Shown here: positions 11,233-24,219 of the stretch, piece by piece
How positions within the stretch are numbered: position 1 is the stretch's first letter
Layout: each line of letters opens with the position of its first letter
Origin: Auanema rhodensis
Lineage: Eukaryota > Animalia > Nematoda
Direction: 5' to 3'
Assembly (NCBI GenBank): GCA_964057225.1
Contig: OZ059897.1
Span: forward strand, 17,670,001 to 17,734,000
DNA: 64,000 nucleotides
Notes under the pieces: model-generated
The model's database searches: none
What the model was told of the DNA's origin: nothing
The model's input: only the letters and a program-made list of their open reading frames with translations
Position numbers and translations under genes: made by a program

Positions 11233-14040
11233 TTTTCGAAAAATTTCAAAATAATTTAACAAAAAGTACATTTTTGTAGGTTCCTTTTTTCAAGGCAAAG
11301 ACGATGGACAATGTTATCCAACGAAAAAATTAATTCTTCAGGGTGAAAATCGAGGATATAAGTGTGAACTTATATCAGTTGATATCTCGGTGCATTTTTA
11401 AGTTAGCGCAAATCTGATAACACAGATCGACGCAGCTTAAAAATCCGCATCGAATGCACTATACTACATTGAGAAACGCTTAATACAAAAATTAGTTATG
11501 ATCGTTTGAAAAATGATGCATTAGTGTATGTTGAGTTTCCATGTACACTCAACATTGCTTCCAAAAACATTTTGACAAAAATTTTTTCGAAAAATTTCAA
11601 AATAATTTAGCAAAAAGTAGATGTTTTTAGATTCCTTTTTTCAAGGCAAAGACGATGGACAATGTTATTCAACGAAAAAAACAATTCTTCAGGGTGAAAA
11701 TCGAGGATATAAGTGTGAACTTATATCAGTTGATATCTCGGTGCATTTTTAAGCTAGCGCAAATCTGATAACACAGATCGACGCAGCTTAAAAATCCGCA
11801 TCGAATGCACTATACTACATTGAGAAACGCTTAATACAAAAATTAGTTATGATCGTTTGAAAAATGATGCATTAGTGTATGTTGAGTTTCCATGTACACT
11901 CAACATTGCTTCCAAAAACATTTTGACAAAAATTTTTTCGAAAAATTTCAAAATAATTTAGCAAAAAGTAGATGTTTTTAGATTCCTTTTTTCAAGGCAA
12001 AGACGATGGACAATGTTATTCAACGAAAAAATTAATTCTTCAGGGTGAAAATCGAGGATATAAGTGTGAACTTATATCAGTTGATATCTCGGTGCATTTT
12101 TAAGCTAGCGCAAATCTGATAACACAGATCGACGCAGCTTAAAAATCCGCATCGAATGCACTATACTACATTGAGAAACGCTTAATACAAAAATTAGTTA
12201 TGATCGTTTGAAAAATGATGCATTAGTGTATGTTGAGTTTCCATGTACACTCAACATTGCTTCCAAAAACATTTTGACAAAAATTTTTTCGAAAAATTTC
12301 AAAATAATTTAGCAAAAAGTAGATGTTTTTAGATTTCTTTTTTCAAGGCAAAGACGATGGACAATGTTATTCAACGAAAAAATTAATTCTTCAGGGTGAA
12401 AATCGAGGATATAAGTGTGAACTTATATCAGTTGATATCTCGGTGCATTTTTAAGCTAGCGCAAATCTGATAACACAGATCGACGCAGCTTAAAAATCCG
12501 CATCGAATGCACTATACTACATTGAGAAACGCTTAATACAAAAGTTAGTTATGATCGTTTGAAAAATGATGCATTAGTGTATGTTGAGTTTCCATGTACA
12601 CTCAACATTGCTTCCAAAAACATTTTGACAAAAATTTTTTCGAAAAATTTCAAAATAATTTAGCAAAAAGTAGATGTTTTTAGATTTCTTTTTTCAAGGC
12701 AAAGACGATGGACAATGTTATTCAACGAAAAAATTAATTCTTCAGGGTGAAAATCGAGGATATAAGTGTGAACTTATATCAGTTGATATATCGGTGCATT
12801 TTTAAGCTAGCGCAAATCTGATAACACAGATCGACGCAGCTTAAAAATCCGCATCGAATGCACTATACTACATTGAGAAACGCTTAATACAAAAATTAGT
12901 TATGATCGTTTGAAAAATGATGCATTAGTGTATGTTGAGTTTCCATGTACACTCAACATTGCTTCCAAAAACATTTTGACAAAAATTTTTTCGAAAAATT
13001 TCAAAATAATTTAACAAAAAGTACATTTTTGTAGGTTCCTTTTTTCAAGGCAAAGACGATGGACAATGTTATCCAACGAAAAAATTAATTCTTCAGGGTG
13101 AAAATCGAGGATATAAGTGTGAACTTATATCAGTTGATATCTCGGTGCATTTTTAAGCTAGCGCAAATCTGATAACACAGATCGACGCAGCTTAAAAATC
13201 CGCATCGAATGCACTATACTACATTGAGAAACGCTTAATACAAAAATTAGTTATGATCGTTTGAAAAATGATGCATTAGTGTATGTTGAGTTTCCATGTA
13301 CACTCAACATTGCTTCCAAAAACATTTTGACAAAAATTTTTTCGAAAAATTTCAAAATAATTTAACAAAAAGTACATTTTTGTAGGTTCCTTTTTTCAAG
13401 GCAAAGACGATGGACAATGTTATCCAACGAAAAAATTAATTCTTCAGGGTGAAAATCGAGGATATAAGTGTGAACTTATATCAGTTGATATCTCGGTGCA
13501 TTTTTAAGCTAGCGCAAATCTGATAACACAGATCGACGCAGCTTAAAAATCCGCATCGAATGCACTATACTACATTGAGAAACGCTTAATACAAAAATTA
13601 GTTATGATCGTTTGAAAAATGATGCATTAGTGTATGTTGAGTTTCCATGTACACTCAACATTGCTTCCAAAAACATTTTGACAAAAATTTTTTCGAAAAA
13701 TTTCAAAATAATTTAGCAAAAAGTAGATGTTTTTAGATTCCTTTTTTCAAGGCAAAGACGATGGACAATGTTATTCAACGAAAAAATTAATTCTTCAGGG
13801 TGAAAATCGAGGATATAAGTGTGAACTTATATCAGTTGATATCTCGGTGCATTTTTAAGCTAGCGCAAATCTGATAACACAGATCGACGCAGCTTAAAAA
13901 TCCGCATCGAATGCACTATACTACATTGAGAAACGCTTAATACAAAAATTAGTTATGATCGTTTGAAAAATGATGCATTAGTGTATGTTGAGTTTCCATG
14001 TACACTCAACATTGCTTCCAAAAACATTTTGACAAAAATT

Positions 14041-14391
14041 TTTTCGAAAAATTTCAAAATAATTTAACAAAAAGTACATTTTTGTAGGTTCCTTTTTTCA
14101 AGGCAAAGACGATGGACAATGTTATCCAACGAAAAAATTAATTCTTCAGGGTGAAAATCGAGGATATAAGTGTGAACTTATATCAGTTGATATCTCGGTG
14201 CATTTTTAAGCTAGCGCAAATCTGATAACACAGATCGACGCAGCTTAAAAATCCGCATCGAATGCACTATACTACATTGAGAAACGCTTAATACAAAAAT
14301 TAGTTATGATCGTTTGAAAAATGATGCATTAGTGTATGTTGAGTTTCCATGTACACTCAACATTGCTTCCAAAAACATTTTGACAAAAATT
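14041..14391. repeat. Representative monomer, haplotype B (m21-50 aatttaacaaaaagtacatttttgtaggtt, m86 C)
   Basis: Differs from A at m27, m37, m40, m44 and m48, and usually at m86. The B block is first seen in the copy starting at 4564. Confidence 0.95.
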
Positions 14392-16848
14392 TTTTCGAAA
14401 AATTTCAAAATAATTTAGCAAAAAGTAGATGTTTTTAGATTTCTTTTTTCAAGGCAAAGACGATGGACAATGTTATTCAACGAAAAAATTAATTCTTCAG
14501 GGTGAAAATCGAGGATATAAGTGTGAACTTATATCAGTTGATATATCGGTGCATTTTTAAGCTAGCGCAAATCTGATAACACAGATCGACGCAGCTTAAA
14601 AATCCGCATCGAATGCACTATACTACATTGAGAAACGCTTAATACAAAAATTAGTTATGATCGTTTGAAAAATGATGCATTAGTGTATGTTGAGTTTCCA
14701 TGTACACTCAACATTGCTTCCAAAAACATTTTGACAAAAATTTTTTCGAAAAATTTCAAAATAATTTAACAAAAAGTACATTTTTGTAGGTTCCTTTTTT
14801 CAAGGCAAAGACGATGGACAATGTTATCCAACGAAAAAATTAATTCTTCAGGGTGAAAATCGAGGATATAAGTGTGAACTTATATCAGTTGATATCTCGG
14901 TGCATTTTTAAGCTAGCGCAAATCTGATAACACAGATCGACGCAGCTTAAAAATCCGCATCGAATGCACTATACTACATTGAGAAACGCTTAATACAAAA
15001 ATTAGTTATGATCGTTTGAAAAATGATGCATTAGTGTATGTTGAGTTTCCATGTACACTCAACATTGCTTTCAAAAACATTTTGACAAAAATTTTTTCGA
15101 AAAATTTCAAAATAATTTAGCAAAAAGTAGATGTTTTTAGATTTCTTTTTTCAAGGCAAAGACGATGGACAATGTTATTCAACGAAAAAATTAATTCTTC
15201 AGGGTGAAAATCGAGGATATAAGTGTGAACTTATATCAGTTGATATATCGGTGCATTTTTAAGCTAGCGCAAATCTGATAACACAGATCGACGCAGCTTA
15301 AAAATCCGCATCGAATGCACTATACTACATTGAGAAACGCTTAATACAAAAATTAGTTATGATCGTTTGAAAAATGATGCATTAGTGTATGTTGAGTTTC
15401 CATGTACACTCAACATTGCTTCCAAAAACATTTTGACAAAAATTTTTTCGAAAAATTTCAAAATAATTTAACAAAAAGTACATTTTTGTAGGTTCCTTTT
15501 TTCAAGGCAAAGACGATGGACAATGTTATCCAACGAAAAAATTAATTCTTCAGGGTGAAAATCGAGGATATAAGTGTGAACTTATATCAGTTGATATCTC
15601 GGTGCATTTTTAAGCTAGCGCAAATCTGATAACACAGATCGACGCAGCTTAAAAATCCGCATCGAATGCACTATACTACATTGAGAAACGCTTAATACAA
15701 AAATTAGTTATGATCGTTTGAAAAATGATGCATTAGTGTATGTTGAGTTTCCATGTACACTCAACATTGCTTCCAAAAACATTTTGACAAAAATTTTTTC
15801 GAAAAATTTCAAAATAATTTAACAAAAACTACATTTTTGTAGGTTCCTTTTTTCAAGGCAAAGACGATGGACAATGTTATCCAACGAAAAAATTAATTCT
15901 TCAGGGTGAAAATCGAGGATATAAGTGTGAACTTATATCAGTTGATATCTCGGTGCATTTTTAAGCTAGCGCAAATCTGATAACACAGATCGACGCAGCT
16001 TAAAAATCCGCATCGAATGCACTATACTACATTGAGAAACGCTTAATACAAAAATTAGTTATGATCGTTTGAAAAATGATGCATTAGTGTATGTTGAGTT
16101 TCCATGTACACTCAACATTGCTTCCAAAAACATTTTGACAAAAATTTTTTCGAAAAATTTCAAAATAATTTAGCAAAAAGTAGATGTTTTTAGATTCCTT
16201 TTTTCAAGGCAAAGACGATGGACAATGTTATTCAACGAAAAAAACAATTCTTCAGGGTGAAAATCGAGGATATAAGTGTGAACTTATATCAGTTGATATC
16301 TCGGTGCATTTTTAAGCTAGCGCAAATCTGATAACACAGATCGACGCAGCTTAAAAATCCGCATCGAATGCACTATACTACATTGAGAAACGCTTAATAC
16401 AAAAATTAGTTATGATCGTTTGAAAAATGATGCATTAGTGTATGTTGAGTTTCCATGTACACTCAACATTGCTTCCAAAAACATTTTGACAAAAATTTTT
16501 TCGAAAAATTTCAAAATAATTTAGCAAAAAGTAGATGTTTTTAGATTTCTTTTTTCAAGGCAAAGACGATGGACAATGTTATTCAACGAAAAAATTAATT
16601 CTTCAGGGTGAAAATCGAGGATATAAGTGTGAACTTATATCAGTTGATATATCGGTGCATTTTTAAGCTAGCGCAAATCTGATAACACAGATCGACGCAG
16701 CTTAAAAATCCGCATCGAATGCACTATACTACATTGAGAAACGCTTAATACAAAAATTAGTTATGATCGTTTGAAAAATGATGCATTAGTGTATGTTGAG
16801 TTTCCATGTACACTCAACATTGCTTCCAAAAACATTTTGACAAAAATT

Positions 16849-19800
16849 TTTTCGAAAAATTTCAAAATAATTTAACAAAAAGTACATTTTCGTAGGTTCC
16901 TTTTTTCAAGGCAAAGACGATGGACAATGTTATCCAACGAAAAAATTAATTCTTCAGGGTGAAAATCGAGGATATAAGTGTGAACTTATATCAGTTGATA
17001 TCTCGGTGCATTTTTAAGCTAGCGCAAATCTGATAACACAGATCGACGCAGCTTAAAAATCCGCATCGAATGCACTATACTACATTGAGAAACGCTTAAT
17101 ACAAAAATTAGTTATGATCGTTTGAAAAATGATGCATTAGTGTATGTTGAGTTTCCATGTACACTCAACATTGCTTCCAAAAACATTTTGACAAAAATTT
17201 TTTCGAAAAATTTCAAAATAATTTAGCAAAAAGTAGATGTTTTTAGATTTCTTTTTTCAAGGCAAAGACGATGGACAATGTTATTCAACGAAAAAATTAA
17301 TTCTTCAGGGTGAAAATCGAGGATATAAGTGTGAACTTATATCAGTTGATATATCGGTGCATTTTTAAGCTAGCGCAAATCTGATAACACAGATCGACGC
17401 AGCTTAAAAATCCGCATCGAATGCACTATACTACATTGAGAAACGCTTAATACAAAAATTAGTTATGATCGTTTGAAAAATGATGCATTAGTGTATGTTG
17501 AGTTTCCATGTACACTCAACATTGCTTCCAAAAACATTTTGACAAAAATTTTTTCGAAAAATTTCAAAATAATTTAACAAAAAGTACATTTTTGTAGGTT
17601 CCTTTTTTCAAGGCAAAGACGATGGACAATGTTATCCAACGAAAAAATTAATTCTTCAGGGTGAAAATCGAGGATATAAGTGTGAACTTATATCAGTTGA
17701 TATCTCGGTGCATTTTTAAGCTAGCGCAAATCTGATAACACAGATCGACGCAGCTTAAAAATCCGCATCGAATGCACTATACTACATTGAGAAACGCTTA
17801 ATACAAAAATTAGTTATGATCGTTTGAAAAATGATGCATTAGTGTATGTTGAGTTTCCATGTACACTCAACATTGCTTCCAAAAACATTTTGACAAAAAT
17901 TTTTTCGAAAAATTTCAAAATAATTTAGCAAAAAGTAGATGTTTTTAGATTCCTTTTTTCAAGGCAAAGACGATGGACAATGTTATTCAACGAAAAAAAC
18001 AATTCTTCAGGGTGAAAATCGAGGATATAAGTGTGAACTTATATCAGTTGATATCTCGGTGCATTTTTAAGCTAGCGCAAATCTGATAACACAGATCGAC
18101 GCAGCTTAAAAATCCACATCGAATGCACTATACTACATTGAGAAACGCTTAATACAAAAATTAGTTATGATCGTTTGAAAAATGATGCATTAGTGTATGT
18201 TGAGTTTCCATGTACACTCAACATTGCTTCCAAAAACATTTTGACAAAAATTTTTTCGAAAAATTTCAAAATAATTTAGCAAAAAGTAGATGTTTTTAGA
18301 TTTCTTTTTTCAAGGCAAAGACGATGGACAATGTTATTCAACGAAAAAATTAATTCTTCAGGGTGAAAATCGAGGATATAAGTGTGAACTTATATCAGTT
18401 GATATATCGGTGCATTTTTAAGCTAGCGCAAATCTGATAACACAGATCGACGCAGCTTAAAAATCCGCATCGAATGCACTATACTACATTGAGAAACGCT
18501 TAATACAAAAATTAGTTATGATCGTTTGAAAAATGATGCATTAGTGTATGTTGAGTTTCCATGTACACTCAACATTGCTTCCAAAAACATTTTGACAAAA
18601 ATTTTTTCGAAAAATTTCAAAATAATTTAGCAAAAAGTAGATGTTTTTAGATTCCTTTTTTCAAGGCAAAGACGATGGACAATGTTATTCAACGAAAAAA
18701 ACAATTCTTCAGGGTGAAAATCGAGGATATAAGTGTGAACTTATATCAGTTGATATCTCGGTGCATTTTTAAGCTAGCGCAAATCTGATAACACAGATCG
18801 ACGCAGCTTAAAAATCCACATCGAATGCACTATACTACATTGAGAAACGCTTAATACAAAAATTAGTTATGATCGTTTGAAAAATGATGCATTAGTGTAT
18901 GTTGAGTTTCCATGTACACTCAACATTGCTTCCAAAAACATTTTGACAAAAATTTTTTCGAAAAATTTCAAAATAATTTAGCAAAAAGTAGATGTTTTTA
19001 GATTTCTTTTTTCAAGGCAAAGACGATGGACAATGTTATTCAACGAAAAAATTAATTCTTCAGGGTGAAAATCGAGGATATAAGTGTGAACTTATATCAG
19101 TTGATATATCGGTGCATTTTTAAGCTAGCGCAAATCTGATAACACAGATCGACGCAGCTTAAAAATCCGCATCGAATGCACTATACTACATTGAGAAACG
19201 CTTAATACAAAAATTAGTTATGATCGTTTGAAAAATGATGCATTAGTGTATGTTGAGTTTCCATGTACACTCAACATTGCTTCCAAAAACATTTTGACAA
19301 AAATTTTTTCGAAAAATTTCAAAATAATTTAGCAAAAAGTAGATGTTTTTAGATTTCTTTTTTCAAGGCAAAGACGATGGACAATGTTATTCAACGAAAA
19401 AATTAATTCTTCAGGGTGAAAATCGAGGATATAAGTGTGAACTTATATCAGTTGACATATCGGTGCATTTTTAAGCTAGCGCAAATCTGATAACACAGAT
19501 CGACGCAGCTTAAAAATCCGCATCGAATGCACTATACTACATTGAGAAACGCTTAATACAAAAATTAGTTATGATCGTTTGAAAAATGATGCATTAGTGT
19601 ATGTTGAGTTTCCATGTACACTCAACATTGCTTCCAAAAACATTTTGACAAAAATTTTTTCGAAAAATTTCAAAATAATTTAGCAAAAAGTAGATGTTTT
19701 TAGATTTCTTTTTTCAAGGCAAAGACGATGGACAATGTTATTCAACGAAAAAATTAATTCTTCAGGGTGAAAATCGAGGATATAAGTGTGAACTTATATC

Positions 19801-22800
19801 AGTTGATATATCGGTGCATTTTTAAGCTAGCGCAAATCTGATAACACAGATCGACGCAGCTTAAAAATCCGCATCGAATGCACTATACTACATTGAGAAA
19901 CGCTTAATACAAAAATTAGTTATGATCGTTTGAAAAATGATGCATTAGTGTATGTTGAGTTTCCATGTACACTCAACATTGCTTCCAAAAACATTTTGAC
20001 AAAAATTTTTTCGAAAAATTTCAAAATAATTTAACAAAAAGTACATTTTCGTAGGTTCCTTTTTTCAAGGCAAAGACGATGGACAATGTTATCCAACGAA
20101 AAAATTAATTCTTCAGGGTGAAAATCGAGGATATAAGTGTGAACTTATATCAGTTGATATCTCGGTGCATTTTTAAGCTAGCGCAAATCTGATAACACAG
20201 ATCGACGCAGCTTAAAAATCCGCATCGAATGCACTATACTACATTGAGAAACGCTTAATACAAAAATTAGTTATGATCGTTTGAAAAATGATGCATTAGT
20301 GTATGTTGAGTTTCCATGTACACTCAACATTGCTTCCAAAAACATTTTGACAAAAATTTTTTCGAAAAATTTCAAAATAATTTAGCAAAAAGTAGATGTT
20401 TTTAGATTTCTTTTTTCAAGGCAAAGACGATGGACAATGTTATTCAACGAAAAAATTAATTCTTCAGGGTGAAAATCGAGGATATAAGTGTGAACTTATA
20501 TCAGTTGATATATCGGTGCATTTTTAAGCTAGCGCAAATCTGATAACACAGATCGACGCAGCTTAAAAATCCGCATCGAATGCACTATACTACATTGAGA
20601 AACGCTTAATACAAAAATTAGTTATGATCGTTTGAAAAATGATGCATTAGTGTATGTTGAGTTTCCATGTACACTCAACATTGCTTCCAAAAACATTTTG
20701 ACAAAAATTTTTTCGAAAAATTTCAAAATAATTTAACAAAAAGTACATTTTTGTAGGTTCCTTTTTTCAAGGCAAAGACGATGGACAATGTTATCCAACG
20801 AAAAAATTAATTCTTCAGGGTGAAAATCGAGGATATAAGTGTGAACTTATATCAGTTGATATCTCGGTGCATTTTTAAGCTAGCGCAAATCTGATAACAC
20901 AGATCGACGCAGCTTAAAAATCCGCATCGAATGCACTATACTACATTGAGAAACGCTTAATACAAAAATTAGTTATGATCGTTTGAAAAATGATGCATTA
21001 GTGTATGTTGAGTTTCCATGTACACTCAACATTGCTTCCAAAAACATTTTGACAAAAATTTTTTCGAAAAATTTCAAAATAATTTAGCAAAAAGTAGATG
21101 TTTTTAGATTCCTTTTTTCAAGGCAAAGACGATGGACAATGTTATTCAACGAAAAAAACAATTCTTCAGGGTGAAAATCGAGGATATAAGTGTGAACTTA
21201 TATCAGTTGATATCTCGGTGCATTTTTAAGCTAGCGCAAATCTGATAACACAGATCGACGCAGCTTAAAAATCCACATCGAATGCACTATACTACATTGA
21301 GAAACGCTTAATACAAAAATTAGTTATGATCGTTTGAAAAATGATGCATTAGTGTATGTTGAGTTTCCATGTACACTCAACATTGCTTCCAAAAACATTT
21401 TGACAAAAATTTTTTCGAAAAATTTCAAAATAATTTAGCAAAAAGTAGATGTTTTTAGATTTCTTTTTTCAAGGCAAAGACGATGGACAATGTTATTCAA
21501 CGAAAAAATTAATTCTTCAGGGTGAAAATCGAGGATATAAGTGTGAACTTATATCAGTTGATATATCGGTGCATTTTTAAGCTAGCGCAAATCTGATAAC
21601 ACAGATCGACGCAGCTTAAAAATCCGCATCGAATGCACTATACTACATTGAGAAACGCTTAATACAAAAATTAGTTATGATCGTTTGAAAAATGATGCAT
21701 TAGTGTATGTTGAGTTTCCATGTACACTCAACATTGCTTCCAAAAACATTTTGACAAAAATTTTTTCGAAAAATTTCAAAATAATTTAACAAAAAGTACA
21801 TTTTTGTAGGTTCCTTTTTTCAAGGCAAAGACGATGGACAATGTTATCCAACGAAAAAATTAATTCTTCAGGGTGAAAATCGAGGATATAAGTGTGAACT
21901 TATATCAGTTGATATCTCGGTGCATTTTTAAGCTAGCGCAAATCTGATAACACAGATCGACGCAGCTTAAAAATCCGCATCGAATGCACTATACTACATT
22001 GAGAAACGCTTAATACAAAAATTAGTTATGATCGTTTGAAAAATGATGCATTAGTGTATGTTGAGTTTCCATGTACACTCAACATTGCTTCCAAAAACAT
22101 TTTGACAAAAATTTTTTCGAAAAATTTCAAAATAATTTAGCAAAAAGTAGATGTTTTTAGATTCCTTTTTTCAAGGCAAAGACGATGGACAATGTTATTC
22201 AACGAAAAAAACAATTCTTCAGGGTGAAAATCGAGGATATAAGTGTGAACTTATATCAGTTGATATCTCGGTGCATTTTTAAGCTAGCGCAAATCTGATA
22301 ACACAGATCGACGCAGCTTAAAAATCCACATCGAATGCACTATACTACATTGAGAAACGCTTAATACAAAAATTAGTTATGATCGTTTGAAAAATGATGC
22401 ATTAGTGTATGTTGAGTTTCCATGTACACTCAACATTGCTTCCAAAAACATTTTGACAAAAATTTTTTCGAAAAATTTCAAAATAATTTAGCAAAAAGTA
22501 GATGTTTTTAGATTTCTTTTTTCAAGGCAAAGACGATGGACAATGTTATTCAACGAAAAAATTAATTCTTCAGGGTGAAAATCGAGGATATAAGTGTGAA
22601 CTTATATCAGTTGATATATCGGTGCATTTTTAAGCTAGCGCAAATCTGATAACACAGATCGACGCAGCTTAAAAATCCGCATCGAATGCACTATACTACA
22701 TTGAGAAACGCTTAATACAAAAATTAGTTATGATCGTTTGAAAAATGATGCATTAGTGTATGTTGAGTTTCCATGTACACTCAACATTGCTTCCAAAAAC

Positions 22801-24219
22801 ATTTTGACAAAAATTTTTTCGAAAAATTTCAAAATAATTTAGCAAAAAGTAGATGTTTTTAGATTTCTTTTTTCAAGGCAAAGACGATGGACAATGTTAT
22901 TCAACGAAAAAATTAATTCTTCAGGGTGAAAATCGAGGATATAAGTGTGAACTTATATCAGTTGATATATCGGTGCATTTTTAAGCTAGCGCAAATCTGA
23001 TAACACAGATCGACGCAGCTTAAAAATCCGCATCGAATGCACTATACTACATTGAGAAACGCTTAATACAAAAATTAGTTATGATCGTTTGAAAAATGAT
23101 GCATTAGTGTATGTTGAGTTTCCATGTACACTCAACATTGCTTCCAAAAACATTTTGACAAAAATTTTTTCGAAAAATTTCAAAATAATTTAGCAAAAAG
23201 TAGATGTTTTTAGATTTCTTTTTTCAAGGCAAAGACGATGGACAATGTTATTCAACGAAAAAATTAATTCTTCAGGGTGAAAATCGAGGATATAAGTGTG
23301 AACTTATATCAGTTGATATATCGGTGCATTTTTAAGCTAGCGCAAATCTGATAACACAGATCGACGCAGCTTAAAAATCCGCATCGAATGCACTATACTA
23401 CATTGAGAAACGCTTAATACAAAAATTAGTTATGATCGTTTGAAAAATGATGCATTAGTGTATGTTGAGTTTCCATGTACACTCAACATTGCTTCCAAAA
23501 ACATTTTGACAAAAATTTTTTCGAAAAATTTCAAAATAATTTAACAAAAAGTACATTTTCGTAGGTTCCTTTTTTCAAGGCAAAGACGATGGACAATGTT
23601 ATCCAACGAAAAAATTAATTCTTCAGGGTGAAAATCGAGGATATAAGTGTGAACTTATATCAGTTGATATCTCGGTGCATTTTTAAGCTAGCGCAAATCT
23701 GATAACACAGATCGACGCAGCTTAAAAATCCGCATCGAATGCACTATACTACATTGAGAAACGCTTAATACAAAAATTAGTTATGATCGTTTGAAAAATG
23801 ATGCATTAGTGTATGTTGAGTTTCCATGTACACTCAACATTGCTTCCAAAAACATTTTGACAAAAATTTTTTCGAAAAATTTCAAAATAATTTAGCAAAA
23901 AGTAGATGTTTTTAGATTTCTTTTTTCAAGGCAAAGACGATGGACAATGTTATTCAACGAAAAAATTAATTCTTCAGGGTGAAAATCGAGGATATAAGTG
24001 TGAACTTATATCAGTTGATATATCGGTGCATTTTTAAGCTAGCGCAAATCTGATAACACAGATCGACGCAGCTTAAAAATCCGCATCGAATGCACTATAC
24101 TACATTGAGAAACGCTTAATACAAAAATTAGTTATGATCGTTTGAAAAATGATGCATTAGTGTATGTTGAGTTTCCATGTACACTCAACATTGCTTCCAA
24201 AAACATTTTGACAAAAATT
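16849..24219. repeat. Irregular 9-10-mer higher-order repeat
   Basis: Rare cattttcgtagg (m43 C) occurs in copies at 16849, 20008 and 23518, with spacings of 9 and 10 monomers. The intervening order of m51T/m154A, B and m98-99AC/m215A monomers is the same apart from one extra B monomer. Confidence 0.8.
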
